From: Perkinsus olseni
Taxonomy: Eukaryota
Length of the DNA: 62,806 nt
Direction: 5' to 3'
Assembly: GCA_013115125.1 (NCBI GenBank)
Contig: JABANN010000141.1
Coordinates: forward strand, 1-62,806
Shown piece by piece: positions 37,829-52,944 of the stretch (positions within the stretch are counted from its first letter, which is position 1; each line of letters opens with the position of its first letter). A program made the translations under genes and the position numbers. The notes beneath the pieces were generated by a model. It searched no databases. It was not told where the DNA came from and saw only the letters and a program-made list of their open reading frames with translations.

Positions 37829-40800
37829 ATGGTGTTCTGTGGCGGTGGTCGTCTTATTAAATGTTATGGTATCATTGTATTATCATCATCATACATCATA
37901 CGAGAGGTACCTTCACACTACACTGATGATGGCAGGAGGGCCCAAGCATCGGAGGTTAGTACTGATGACAGCGGGCTTGAGATCATGAGATTAGGTGATA
38001 ACGACATTGGAAGATTGGGCATTCCCTCAGCAAACTATATTAAAGGTAGTCGTCATTCAGTGACGGTGTTGTTGACACTTACAACCTTAGTTTACACCAG
38101 CTATAGTGCCCATTGGCGATGAATCGACATCACGTGAAGTAGCAGTAGGAGATGGCAATACTGAATCTTATCTGAGTGGGCCTCTCAGAGTGTATGCTGC
38201 TGAGTCTATTACCAATATAGAGGTTACCTCGTCAGGTAGGTGTACTTTTGTACCCTACCACGATGTCTCTCTACCCTTAGGAAGCTCCTTTGATACATTC
38301 AATCACCCATCTCCGCGTATACGACTGGTAGCAGCCTCAACGCCTCGACAGGGTTGTAGAGATGATGTAAGGCTCGCCGGGGTTCTCGCCGGTTGACGAG
38401 ACCTATCGTTCGGCGTAGGATTTAGTCATACCCATGCACAAATGGAGGAGTCTTAGTATAACTACAGAAGGGGTCACTATTGCTGTATACCATAACAGCA
38501 CACTCACAGCTCCAATTGGAATAGAGGTCAGCAGCAGTAGCATAACCAGCAGTGTCATTCTATCAATCTAGTTGCTACGATCGAGTCCATCTGAAGATGA
38601 TACCCTGAGGACCCCTGTATCAATATTATCCTTGGATGGTAACACCATCGCTAGTGATATAAGGCAGGACCATCGTTACCCCACCCACATCGATCACGTG
38701 CCTCGCAGGTTCATGCATGGTGGGCTGTATAGATTATGCTACTCCCCAGATGGTAGCTACAGCGAGATCACCATGTCATCAGCTAGCATCACACCAGAGC
38801 CTGGCGACTCCCAGGCCACCACCTCTTTCGTGCTGTACAATAATATATTACCAATAACACTTGAGGTCATCCGTCACCATCATCACTATCGACGTATTTT
38901 CTGCGTAATCCTGTAGGTTTTGGGGGTTTACAGTTCATGTAAGAGTAATGGTTGTCTTCAACAGGAGAGGTGGGATTGTTATTATAATGCAAGGTGTGTC
39001 TAATGCTGTACGTTGCTTCATGATACCACTCTCAGAGGTCCAAGGCTCCCACCGCCACTTTCTCATCATCCCCCTACCTATCAGGAGTATAATGATAAAT
39101 GCATAATAACGGTTAGCAAGAGAGATGGTTGGGGTATATTAGAGTCCATGACATCATTATTATGGTGGACCCAATCGTATGATGCTGATGACCTCAATGC
39201 TGATGGTACCTTGATACAGTCCTCGTCCTTATCGAATACTCATGCTAGTAGTAAACAGTGTGGTCAACGGCCTCCTGAATCCACTATATTCAGGGCGAAC
39301 GCTGTAGAAGGTAAGCCACCTCGACCCCTGCCACTGGTACTCGTACTCGTACTACCATTCAGACGTGTATACATCAAGTCCTATGCAGCTAAGGGCTGAT
39401 GAAGATGCTACCTTACCGAGTATAGGACCCTGGGTAGAAGGGGGTAAAACATTAGCCCTTTGCTACTGTCCCGATTATGATACTGCTGGCGCCGCAGGCG
39501 GCAACCTTAGGTGATGCACTCGAGTATCTTGCGGTCCTCAGATCGGTCCTTAGATGCGATACTTTCCATGACTTCATTCAACCGATCGGCTACCTCTACT
39601 TATTCACTATCAGCATCTGTGATGCTGGTGATGTTTCCTGCTCTACCAAGTGATTAGGAATCCAGACTCGCTCTCCTCGATTCTCTTGTCAAGGTACTAT
39701 TCAATAATACCGATGCAGGAGTTCCTGCTCCGCATCGATTGCCCTCCGGCTGGAGGATGCTCTAGTAGTACCCACCACTTCACTCAACCCTTCATTATGA
39801 CCATCATGACAGGTACTGTAGCTTCGGATGAATCGCGTATAAAATTCGTGTACAGTAGTGCTGCTGCTGAGGGTGAATCACCTTTGAGTGATGATAATAA
39901 TATACCCAATTGGTCTCCAAGTTCGCCGTGCAAAACAACAGTAGCATCGTCATCATCAACAACCCTATTAAGTGATAATGGAGATGAACGCACCACTACC
40001 ATCGACCGGGAGATCTGGAGTAATGTAGAATACCGCTATGACGGTACCAATGCACTTGGCGGAGGCTCACGTGCTGACTACAAGTACTACGCCTTCGTCC
40101 TTCCCTCATGGACTCCTCGTTGTTGTCAGAGTTTGGTCATCGCCAAATATTGATCCATTGGGAGCCATTGGTACGGAGTATACGATATGGTCACCGAGGT
40201 TAGCAGTACCTCTTGGGGAATGGTCAATGGTATGCTATTGTAATGAGAATTGTGATCAAGGTGAGCTCGTTGGGGCTCTCTGTACTTGTAGCACTGGTAT
40301 CAGGTGCTTCGTGGTTCCAAGTAGGGTACGTATATTCTGTTAATGAGATAGGTTTGGCAAGTAGTAATATGTATTGTACAATATGTTCAGCTAAATCCAA
40401 GATCAAAGCCATTCGATATGCTAACAAACCCGGCACTATTGCCCTCTACAGCGGTCCTATAACCCCGCGCCCACTACCACTACCAACCACACTCTCTATA
40501 GGTGGTAGTGCTAGTAGTGGTTACCATGATGAGCATATCTTACCATCGGAAGGGCCTAGGTTCGCGGGTCATACAACGATTTTCAATGTTATATCGTATG
40601 ATATCGAAGCCAAATACCCAAGTACAGGGGGGAGTCTGGTTACCCTAGAGGAGAGTAGTGGCTATCATACAGCCGTACCTAATCGTTTACAATGGCAACA
40701 TACACTCGATAAAGCGTGCAAAATGAAAGAGTATGATAGCAATATATTATCGGGTATATCATCACAGGACCAAGCTAAACAGTATGCTGCTGTTAAACAC

Positions 40801-43800
40801 TGTGCAGAGGTTACTACTGGTGCCAGTACCAGTAGTACTACTTGTACTCATGATGTCTATCTGCCCTTCACAAGCGAATCTAATGATAAGACTTTGAGGA
40901 TATTAATACCAGGGACAATGGTTGTGTGCTACTGCTCTCACGTCACAGCACAGAAGGAGTGTGTTAGTGATGAGTACTGGTATGCTGGTAATATCTTTCA
41001 AGTAAGAGGACCATGGAAGTATCCAGGAGGGGACGCCCTGCATTGGGAGGTCCCCATAGGCCGTACATTCGCCTTGACTGTAGCTAGAGGCTGGGGCCTT
41101 GGTCTACATAGACGTGATGGTGTATATGGCAACTATACTGCCAGATGGTCGCAGGACCATATACGTATCTTATCATCGGGGGGTAGATGTACATCTAGTG
41201 ATTATAATCCCAGAGGGACTGCGATAGGCTTCAAGGTCATGCTGATGGATGCTAATCGTAGCCGTTTACAATGCACTTCAGGTAGGATGCCCTTCCACTA
41301 GTCCAGAGTCCTGCACTGAAGTGACGTCATATCACAATATACCGCTGTACACCTACAGGAGTAAGGATGATCCATACTTGCCTAGGATACTCAAGGTAGT
41401 CGTACTACCCTCCACGAGCGGCGTTGATGTTACTCTACTCAGATAGATGCGTCCAGGTTGGGTAGTACGGTATTACACTTCAATGGTAGCATAAGTAGCA
41501 TTATCAACACAGGAGATCTCATACTCCTGGACCCTGATATCATAACGATTGGTGGCAAATCCTCAATAGCTACCTCTGGCGGGTCTACTCTGACGCCACT
41601 GGAGAGGTGGCGTATATACAAGCTGGCAGGAAGAGGGCCGTATGCTGATACTCTGAAGGGTATGCTACGAGGTGACCCTGATGAATCCTGTGGAAGCAAT
41701 AGCGATTGCAATGACCATATAACGGGGCATAGGGTGCTACGAGGGCGGTGACGGGTCGTGGGGTTACTCTACTCTCAGGTAACAGTCCTGTCCTCTACTA
41801 CAGTTAGTATACCTATTGGATTCGGCCCTTCTGATCCGGAGTTCGCGTTCAACATGAGTGGGGTGCATCCAACAGCTGGTCACTGGGAGATCCATAGCAA
41901 GGCTTGGACTAGGAAGAGTCTAAGAGTAGTGCTCATGATAATCACAGAAGTCGTGCGGCAGCGCCATCAGTAGGCTACCCGAACACTGGAGGATTTGGTA
42001 GTCTGTTGGGGTACTGTCGACGAAGAGGAAGGGGATGGCAATACTATAAGGCGATATGAAGTTCACCTGAGGGCTGTTCAGTCACCTGCTGTTGCTGGTA
42101 GATACTACTCTCAAGTGGGGACGCTGACCATCGTGAATCCTCCAAGCATGAGGTCTGTCAAGTTGTTCCTTACCACTAGTATGGAAGGTGCCATACAACC
42201 AGCAGTAATCGGCCACAGCAAACAGCAGCAGCAGCAGCAGCAGCGGGCGATGAAGCACGAGTGGAGGTACACTCAGGTACTCAGTTTCACTCCTGGCCAT
42301 GCTGATGAAGCTCTCCGACATCGTGAGAGTTACCCTAAAGCTCGATTACAGCTGAGGATAGTCTTCAGTAACTTAGACGTTGTAGAGCCTTACATAACCA
42401 GTAAGGGAGGATGGATGGGAGACAGCAATGCTTCATCATCAACAAGTATCAGGCACCATGTCGCCTCTACTGGCCAAGCAACAGTATGAGGGCCTCCTAG
42501 GCCCCAATGCATCCATCTCTAACTTATCAACAATAGTCTCAGCCACATCGAATATGTCGTCGCCCTTCCCTCGAGAGGAGGAGGTAGGGGGTAACTGAAT
42601 CGTCATTGCTACTACAGACTTCAGGTTCCAGCTTCTCGTGCATCTGTCAGCATATGTGGTGATATGTTTACAGAGTTATGGTCATCGGCGGTGTCTTCGG
42701 GCTTCCCCATGCCCTCTGGTGGATGCCATTATACCAGAAGGTGATCATCGCTGTCCTTGTTAACAGCCCGCAAGCTCTTATTCAGCTACTATGATATCCC
42801 AGTGGACAGCTCCTCGACTGAGGTTGAGGATAAGACACCTTATCGAGAGTTCATCCTGAGGTTTCATTCCGACGACGCCTCCGGGGGTCCTGACCCTCAA
42901 CCTCTCCTAAGGGATTCATGTGAAGGGGCTGACGGCACGGTTGGAGAGTGCCGTTACCAACTTGCCTTCAACGTCAAGGTAATGACCGGAAACACTTTGC
43001 CGGTCCAGCTGTGCGCCTGCTGCTTAGGTGTCGCAAAGGATCACCAGCGGGCAATCCCATGTACATATCTACTACGAGTGTGTTGATGATGATGACAGCG
43101 GGGCCTGTGGTGTAGATAATGTATATACAGAAGGAGGCAGCATGTATGAATGCTCATCATCGGCGCTAACCGTGATAGCTCAGCTCGGGCAGATATAGAG
43201 TGTTCGATCATGGCTCAGCAGCAACGTCTCTTACGACAAAGTCTCCGCCCTCAGAGATGACCCATGCGCGATGGGACATGCATCTAGGTTGGAGCCGGCA
43301 GAGATGAGCAGTGATGGTGTGACCTGTTCCCATCCCAGGTGGAGGGATAACAATAGTCGGTACTGATCACCAACCCGATGGAGTGTTGGACCTCACACCA
43401 TTACAGGGAGCACGGTCCCATGCTACGGCTAATTTCACGGTGGTTCCTAACAACCGATTTCGCTGCTCGTGACTTCTTCCCCTCGCCTTTTTAGATCAAC
43501 TTGGCTGGCAGTGGTATTCTCTCTACATCACGTTTGGTGCTCCATTTATGGCCCGTTACCCAGTGGAACCTACCAACAACAGGTTGTCGAATGAACTGCA
43601 GTATGCATGCTCCTCATTCCTGTGGATATCCTACCTGTAAATCTTTCTTCAGCGGGGACGCATTTCATGCAAATACACTCCCTTCATTAGGTCAGTTTTT
43701 GTCTCTCACGGAGCATACTGGCAGTAACGCTATATCCGTAGCCTTCGACCTCAGGATGCCTCCGATACTCCTCAATAACACTTGTAACCTCACTTTCCAT

Positions 43801-46800
43801 GATATCACGCTTCCAATGTAATATGCGCCGACACTACAAAAATGACCCCGGCCCGATTCGAACGGACAACCTTCTGATCTGGAGTCAGATGCGCTACCGT
43901 TGCGCCACAGGGCCCGATAATCATTATCAATTCCGGTTGTTGATATCCCCGGGAACTCCCGGCGAAGCATGTCGGTTGGATTATCAGGTTTACTGGCCTC
44001 TTTCCAACACGTATTGCTGCGGAGATCTCAGATGGAGACGGCCTTCATTCGGACTTCATCACCTCGAAAGGTACTTCTCCCAGTGACCCCGCTGAGAGGT
44101 TTCTCCTCCTAAGTAGCCTCCAGGCCTGCTCTTCCTGAAACCATCCGGCTTGATTTCAACCATTGCAAGCCATGCTGTTGGCACCTTACTCAAGTGGGGT
44201 GTTGCCGGGTATGGCAGTATGCCGTTTGAGTATGATCGGGACAACATACTCTATGTAGTGGCTGCGTCAATAACCCGGTCATCAACATCAAAATGTTATT
44301 ATGGCCCCGACATCAGGTGAGACTGAGGATACCTTCTACTCTTCGCCAGCCTCTTATACCCCTGCATCATGATGGCCTACCTCTTCCAAGAGCGGCCATT
44401 GAGTTGAAACTCCCTCATGGTTATGCATGTAGGACAAGACGCTCTCGCCAGCCTTATCAACTGGCCTCCTTATCAGGCTCAGTGGCCGACTCTAGCGTTA
44501 AACAGGGAATGATAATCCCGGACCTATTCATTATCGACTCCACTCAGCATCACTTCACTCAACTGCCACCACCACATGGCGGTGTGTGGTCCAGTAACAT
44601 TACAAACCCTTGCTGCAGCAATATTTGCAGGTCAGGACGCTGTCCTCCGTTATGAGCTCGTAGTGTGCCTTTCTGAGGTATACCTTGGCTGATGGTTTCG
44701 TCCTATTTGCTGGTACCATCGTCTACGTGCCCATGGCTGTACGTAATCCTCCTGACCCTCTACCTAAGGTGATGGCCACCTGAGGGGTAACCATAATGCA
44801 TCACCTGCACCACCCTCCTTCAGTCATCACCATCGAATTTTTGGACCGTGTCCTTTACATCCAATGGCCAGCTCACTGCCATTCACACAGTATCATACAA
44901 TATCACCAATGCCTCCACGCTATACAACATGAGTATGAGTAACATGAGTGATGGTGGGATATCCACACTAAGGCCGGACTACTCCTTCCATGATATACCT
45001 TTCTTGACCCTCGAGTACGAGGATGAGACCTTCGCGGGGAATGTGGTAATGCTGCGGTACAGCTCCTCATCATCATCACCAATCAGTATTGTAACTCCTT
45101 CCTAGGGCGTACTGGAGAGTACACCATACGCTACATTGCAGCCATTAACGGGTATGGGCTGGGTGAGAGGTCATCATCCAACTCGCTGGCTTGCCCTCTT
45201 CTTCAAAGTATGTTGCTCTACCTTTCTGGACTAGCTATGGGTCCATTAGGTAAGGTCAAGGCTCGGTATGGGTAGCAGCATCATCCTCGAGGCTCCCATC
45301 GGGTTCGACTTCTCTCACCCTTGCCATATCGATCGTATACCTGAGAGGTTGGCCCACAGGTCCTATCATCATGATGGGTGATGATGTAGGCATCAGATAC
45401 ATAACGACTACCGATGGTAACACGGCCCACCTACCTCCTACCACTACCTGTACTGGAATGAGACGAGGCAATTACCTGAGAAAGCTCTACAACGACGATA
45501 ATGATGATGATAGAAAGCCTATCGCGGAGATCAAAGTACATCTCTCGTCCTCATCCTGAGCACTATCCTATCAGGTAGCAGAATTCGTCGAGGGTAATAA
45601 TGCTCGATATGCTTTCACGATTGAAGTTAGCAATCCTGAAGTATGGACCGTGTCTCAACACTATCAATGGCGTCTGTACGTAGCTGATCACAGTAATAAT
45701 GAGGATGATCACCATCACTAGATGGACCTCTCATTGCACCTGTTACAGATGGATACATCATCGAGGGGACACCATGGCCCATACCATCCACGTGGTCCTC
45801 AAACTATTATCTATTATCGTCACCACTCACTACAGCCCTAACTACTCAGGGTTATCATCAACGCTCATGGGCTGTCTATGAGAGTGAGGATATGATAACA
45901 TCATCGCCATCGTCAGCATCACCATGCATCAGATCTAATGCCAACTGCTGTCTATTATGCTGAGGGAGTTGAGGCCATGGTGAGTCGTATGACTGATACT
46001 AATAGTGGTAGCCTCACGCCCATCAGCTACCCTATCATTACCGTGGGGGTATATCTAGTACCCTATCAGTGTATCCTATTATAATAACGTCTAATATCGA
46101 TACTGAGACCTCGATACGTATCACAGCCCCACCAGGTTACATCTGGGAATTTCAACAGGATGATGACATACGATATGGCCCTCCCAACACCCCTGATGCT
46201 GATCATCATATTCATACCATACCAGGACCTCCTCCTACCATACAGAATAGTTATAGGCAACTAGTATGGGAAGAAGTAGTACTGGTACCTGATGTCGTCT
46301 ATGGATTTAGTCATAGAGTAAGGGTACCTGATAATGACCCAATAGACGGCCTTAACAGTTATGTATTGGAAGTCGGCTATTACTACAGAGATGCTTATTG
46401 TACACGACATGGTGTGGGTACGATGGATGCTGGATCAATAAGGGTCATCAATAATATGTATATTGACTACCTTACTGATGTTGCCTCTTACTCTCACAAC
46501 ACTATCGACATCGTGTTCACGCTAGTAACAGGTCTCCCTCCTGGTGGGGGTATCATCATCAGAGCCAATGACCTTGCCCAAGGTCTACTCATTGAGGGTA
46601 ACACTATCGATGACTTCTTCACTGAGCTCAGCGGCACATGTATACCCCTGGAGAATATCGAACCTGGATTCTCAGCTCTACCTCCAACAGCAGTCTGTGA
46701 GTAAGTGACACAGCTCTACTACTACTACTGTCCATGGTGGCTTCAGGATAATACCACGTAGAAAGCACCCAGCCTGGTCGTCAAGGCTATCTCCTTCCTC

Positions 46801-49800
46801 CGATCTTGGTGGTGGTGATAACAGGGCTGTATACGGTCTCATAATCGTTATCACAGCAGCAGCAGGAGGAGATGGCAATACTAGGCTGCTAGATGATGAT
46901 GAGGCATCACCTCACCTGCATAGTGATGGAACCATACAACCTGGGAGGTGATCACAGTACCGATACATCAGCAATGGTATTGATGATAGATACAAACTGA
47001 GGTTCAAGTGTAAGAACCCGGATACACTGACAAACGGTGATGAGATACTATGGACCATTGAAAGGTCTTGCCGTAGTACCATAGTCGGTATTATAATCAT
47101 CATCACTGTAGTTACTATAACATAGGAGAGTATCCCAGTGGAGGGGCATCGATAGCTGATACCCCAGCGAGTGCACCAGGGTTACCTATCAATGCTAAGA
47201 TGAATGAAGCCTTCATTATAGATGATGCAGCTATACTTAGTAAGCGCCATCATCTACGAAAACAGCGATGACGATGGCATTGTTACTGTTGTTTTAATCA
47301 GCGCCAACAGTCAGGAGTGCTACTGGGAGGGATGATCGTCCTGGGAAGCGTAATGAGATACTAATAGCATTTGGGTTCACCTCAGGAGGGAGTATAGAGC
47401 CTTCACAGGTATGCAGTAGTCGTGCGAAATGTGGTACTGTCGCTTTAGCAGACCCTACCATCAGAGCTTATCGTCAAGGCCCCCATAGGCTTTACGATAT
47501 CCCAAGATTGTATCACAGATATCACCGTAGATTCCACTACGGTATTCGGTGATGCAGAGTAATATCGTATACCCTGATGATCGTTGTTGTATGATCATAC
47601 CCTAGTTACTGGCCATCATGGTCATCCTCCTATCAGAGGTGGCCGAATGATGGTACTGCTAGGATACTAGGTTGTAAGGGTGGCAGAAATACCGCATCTA
47701 TCACTATAAGCCCTGGACTACAGGCCAACGGCAAGAAGTAGTTGTCGTGGGCTGAGGACGATAGTGCTTATGATGCACAGCGGTCATCGTAGATATGTAT
47801 TACGCATAGCCGTGATGAGCGTATCCTATCCTATACCCCACGATCAGAACCTTTGGGTGGTCTCCCTCAGAGGTGCCATCTCCACTCTAATAGCAATTCA
47901 GTAGCCTATTATTATCAGGCAAGCAGAGCTCCCTACCCTTCCCTGGGTATCGTCTAAGTACTTTCACCGATATCACCCTAGTCAGCGCATCAACGGCTGC
48001 TACTCTACTTAGGCCTGTAACATCCCTAACAGGGCTACAGGAGGTTCTCTTGAAAAGGAACATCATCACAAGTATCGTTACTCCATCATCAACAGGTTCT
48101 GATAAGGCTCACTTTCACCCCAACCAACAGCATCAGTCCTTATCAAGGCAACCCAATGATAGATGTCCTGCAGGGTATTACCAGCCCAGTTGACAGAGGC
48201 GGTATTCTAAAGATTATCACACCACCGGAGTGCGATACTCATCATCAGCACTGATACTATATACTGAGATACCTCAGATTCACTTGGGTTAGCGGCCTCG
48301 TGGGCCGTACATGCCCGTCCCTATCATACGACACAAGAGTCGACACCAGTAGTGCTACAGTAACCTCGACAGAAACTATCGCACTAACTCCTACTACTAC
48401 CACCACTCCTAGTGCTACAACAACAACAACTACCACTGAAGATGACATCATTCTCTTGAGGCCCTACATCGACTATGTATGTAAGATAGATGATGATAGT
48501 GATGGTAGGGCCCTGACCATTACTCTAGTAGTAGGGAGTAAGAGTATCCAAGCTGATCGGAAGTAAGCCCTAGCCTCCTCCTCCTTCTCCTTCTCCTCAT
48601 CTGTTGACTAACTTAGATACACCTTGAGAGGATACGTGTACAATCCCTACAGTACTGTAGAGTCATCGTCGTCTACCTCTTTACAATGGACGATGCAGTC
48701 CTTCACACCATCAGCATATACAACAGATGATTACCATTCACCAGCACGCCTACTACGAGAGCCTCTTGATGAGGCTACTCTTGATGGCTACCCAATCAAT
48801 GAAGTAATTATCGATGTCATTACGTCCATTGGATACCATAACTAGTAGGCGCTGGTATCCTTTCATGTCAACAACGTTAATAATGAGTTCAATGGTGAAG
48901 CCAAAGTCAAGGGTTTGACCATAAGTATAACATTCACTCACCCTCTGATGGATGGAGATCTGGTCAGCATCCCTACCTTACCTACTAGTCACGACTACTA
49001 CTCTCCTGTAGGTCAGTATAACAACACCTTATGGTTATGACCTCCGAGAAGATCAGTCCACCAGTGATGATGATGGTGATGATACTAGATGTTTTGAGGT
49101 GCTATGGCCGAGTGGAACGAACCCTCTGCCTAGTACTGGCCAACCATCATGTCATTGTATACACCATAACAACAGCAGCAGCAGCAGCAGTGTTAACGAG
49201 GCATCAACGTTCATCTGCACTATGGTAATAATTTCAATACCACAATTCTCGCTACACTTGCGAATACCTGCCCTCAGACTTATCAAGTCCTGGAATATAA
49301 GACACCCGCCTTCCCCGACAATGAGCCCATGCTCCTGGTGACTACTGTCATTAACCCAACCAAGGTGAGGTTTACTTCACATCATCACCATCATTCCCTC
49401 GTCCACCTGTTGCCCCTTGCAGAGCCCTATTGATCCCATTGATAACTACTGGGAAGCACGTCATGAACGAGATGGTATCATACTCAGCTCTGAGGTTTAT
49501 CAAAGTTGGGATATATTACCCCAGCTACTCGATCTCGAAATCCATCTCCTTGGACCGTAAGCCTGTAGCACTGTGTAATCTCTGCAATAACTGTTCTAGG
49601 TATCTTTCAGCTGGCTCAAGGTCAAGTATAAAGATATCTTTTGTACCAGTATCATCAGCAGATACTCTCGATGTTGAAGCACTTTTCCCTCCTGGTACAG
49701 CATTTGACAGAGCAACTATCAGTCATGCTCATAGAGATCCAGTCAACCAGGAAGAGGAGGAAGGAGGAGCGGACTGGGGGTATCCATCCCCTGATACATC

Positions 49801-52800
49801 CTCCCACTCCATCACCTTGTGTAGATTGAGTATCCTTGCATCACACACCATCGCGGCAAAGATAGCCTTTACTGATATGAATCTAGAGCCCGGAAGGAGA
49901 GTGGAAATCACCCTAGAGAACGTGAAGCTTGCCTCCATGGGTGGTCAGACCATATTCACCTTCACCACCTATGCTGGTAAACCATCACCACCTCCAGCTG
50001 GATCATTATTCCTTTTCCAGGGTCCGATATCAGTATGGGTAATATGAGAGATGAGAAGGTAGCCTTCAGAGGAGGTTACTTCCAGCCAGGAGCACTTACA
50101 GTCTTATCAACCCAATTGATGGGTAGCCATCTTTCATCATACCATCCATCCGCCAACTCCTCGGCTGTTCCATAGGTATATTCCGTGTCCTCGGTGAGGT
50201 CGGTGATGATGATGTGTATCCAGTAGAGCGGTTTATGCGTCCAAGAGTGGATGCGGAGACAAGTTGGAATGCACTCTACCTATGTCTCCACTACTACCGA
50301 TCTGTCAGGTATGGCGGTCTTTGAGTTCGAGGTCATGACATCAGCTAAGGCTGGATCGAGGCTTATTGTGAAATCAGAAGGTGATGATGATGGTGGTGTC
50401 GGTCGAGTAAGGGTAGTATATTGATAGGCCCTGGAGCATATACAATACTACCTTCCTTGCAAGGGCAGCAGTCGACGTCAGTACAGCAACCAGGAGGGGA
50501 AGAAGGGATAACCCCGCCCCTCGTGGATATATCCTTCTATGATCTTGATCAATTCCCTAATACATGGAGGAGCCTTGGTATAGATACACCAGTTGTGCTA
50601 GGCCCACACGGTAGTAGTACTACTACCACCACCATCCAATGCTTATCCTTGCCGCCCTTTAGAAGCCTCTATAACTGTCCTATCACCCGACAATGCGTTA
50701 TCGGCTACATCACTAGCCTCGACTGATGTCATGGTGCTCGGCGTACGATACAGGTTGCAGATGGAGGTCTTGCCACATCCTGGGGACAACTCTTGGAGGC
50801 TCGACGTGCAATGGCCTCTACAATCAACGTCTCAGGTGTGTACTCAACCATCAACCTACAACGCTGTAGTAGTAGTAGTAGTAGTAGTAGGTATATCCAG
50901 TGAATACTAATGATGGTCTAACAGAAGCCTTCGCAGGGGACTCGGCTCCTGTTCTGCCTCTGGAGTTGAACATCACCACCAGTGAGGTAGGACTGCCATC
51001 ATCATGATCATCATGCTCAACACTCCGGTCGTCATCCTCGAGGTACCACCCCCGTATACCTGGATTGAGGTGTCCATCACTATCAATGGACTGTATATAC
51101 CTCCGAATCGGTTGGCTAGTACCACCCTCAGGGCTCAAATAATAATACCAACAAGATACGAGCTTAATGTGAATGGATGTGGTCAAGGATGCGAACTGGA
51201 AAGGTTATCATCCTCATTGTGGCAACAGCAGCAGAGACATTGGATTCCTCCTTCAGTTACACCTGGGGGGATCTAAAGCGTCAAGTAGCTACACTGACCT
51301 TCACAACACGACAGCAGCAGATAACCGGCGCTGAAGGAAGGTATACTGTGAAGATGACAGTGAGGACACCTACTCATACACCTGAGGATAATACTTGGTA
51401 CAGTCCGTGATGATGCTAGCAGCAGCTGCAGTCGTAGCAGGTGATAGGTACTTGATTGCTCATGATAGTAGCGAGGATGATGACATCATTGGCTGGGGTG
51501 ATGGCCCTGGCTTCGATATTGTACCGCTAGAAGGGTTCAAACTAATATACCCACCAATAGGGGGGACCTACAATCAACCTGTGGCTATCACTATGATCAT
51601 CAACAGGCCCAATCGAGTATACAGCCTTGATCTCAGGCCACCTAAAGGGTGGTCACCCTCTGTATGGTGGTGACGCTCCTATGTCCCTCATCTTCAGATA
51701 CAGTCTTCAATGCTCATCAAGGTTCTATCCGATAACCTTACCAACCTCAACACAATGCATCACGGATAGCAGTAAAGATCGACAGAGATGGCTCACTATG
51801 GGTGGCCTGTCGGAGCCTCTACAGTAGGAGTTGAACCTCAGCGTCATCCTCGCCTAACTTCATAATAGGTCCCCAATGAGCCTCATCTTTCTCCTGTCTA
51901 TCGATATACCCGTACCATCAGCCATCAGCACCAGTGGAGATGATAACTCGTTTGATATCCTATTAAGGGACAAGGATGGTGCTGTTGTTGATGGTGCCTT
52001 TGCTGTACCAGTGCCGTACCCACCCCTACCCGATGGACCCTTTGTACTACGTCTAATACGCATCGTCATCAGCACAGTGTCCTCGGTGCATCAGATCATA
52101 GAACCGTTTATTGGGTGGACCAACTCCGAGCCCAATACCGCTTCGATCATCTCTTTGGGTTTTACTCTACAACAATCGACCAGGGCGATATCTGCTGTAT
52201 GAACACTCGAGGCTGTGTTCATATCCAAACTCCTCATACAGATACTCCTTGTCTTCCCTGACATGTTCGTACATGAAATACAAAAGGCCACTTCAGTGAG
52301 AAGTCTCAATAAACGCTTCCCTAAGAGGCCACAGGTATCCTCGTCATCCATTAACAGAGTAAAGCCCTAGTTAATCAGGAATGGGTGGACTTCTCACGCG
52401 CCGATCAGCTCAAGGTATTAGTTGATGATACCCAGTTCGAGAACCTACCACTCGATCGTATACCGGGGCCGGATACTTATCAATTCTCGTTCCCAGTGTT
52501 GATTCCTTCAAGCATGCCTTCCCACAACGTCTGGTAAGAATAAACTTGGACGGGATCGTTGCCAGGGACCGTACCTTTAGGTATATCATTATGTGCTCCT
52601 CCCCTTCCAGTGAATGTAACGATTTCAAAGATGCCGACCACATCCTGGCAACTATACCCCTACCAGGTTTCGAATTCGGTCAAGTCTGTGGGGAGGTAGG
52701 GTGTCCAGCTGATGTGTGAGCATACAGTCTAATACTCAGGAATGTGATCAAGTACGGCTCTATCAAGAGAGCACCAGGAGTGCAGCAGTATGGTCTGCTA

Positions 52801-52862
52801 TCATCACTTCATTAACGTTTCTCACAACATGTTATCATGTTCTTCTCCATCTCATACTATAG
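37829..52862 (+). CDS. Giant multi-exon secreted/surface protein (several thousand aa), likely GPI-anchored; start approximate
   Basis: Continuous + strand exons with ~45-nt introns over ~15 kb. Cys motifs GLYRLCYSPDG, LALCYCP, MVCYCNENC, MVVCYCSH; beta-rich repeats with V-x-NP...W motifs. The last exon (52740-52862) ends hydrophobic: SAAVWSAIITSLTFLTTCYHVLLHLIL*. Confidence 0.75.
43843..43914 (-). tRNA. tRNA-Trp(CCA)
   Basis: Acceptor GGCCCTG/CGGGGTC, D arm GCGC/GCGC, anticodon arm TCTGA-CTCCAGA-TCAGA, GTTCGAATC. Followed by a T5 terminator. Confidence 0.97.
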
Positions 52863-52944
52863 TCAAGCCATTACTCCTTGTAGAGTTCTACAGTGATGCG
52901 GAGGGCTTACAGGTGAAGTGGTCGAACCGCGTCAAACCTCCCTG

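Noticed and set aside
50123-50133. GTAGCCATCTT, a partial match to the perkinsid/dinoflagellate spliced leader
   Set aside because: Only 11 nt, not followed by GGCTCAAG, and inside the giant gene.
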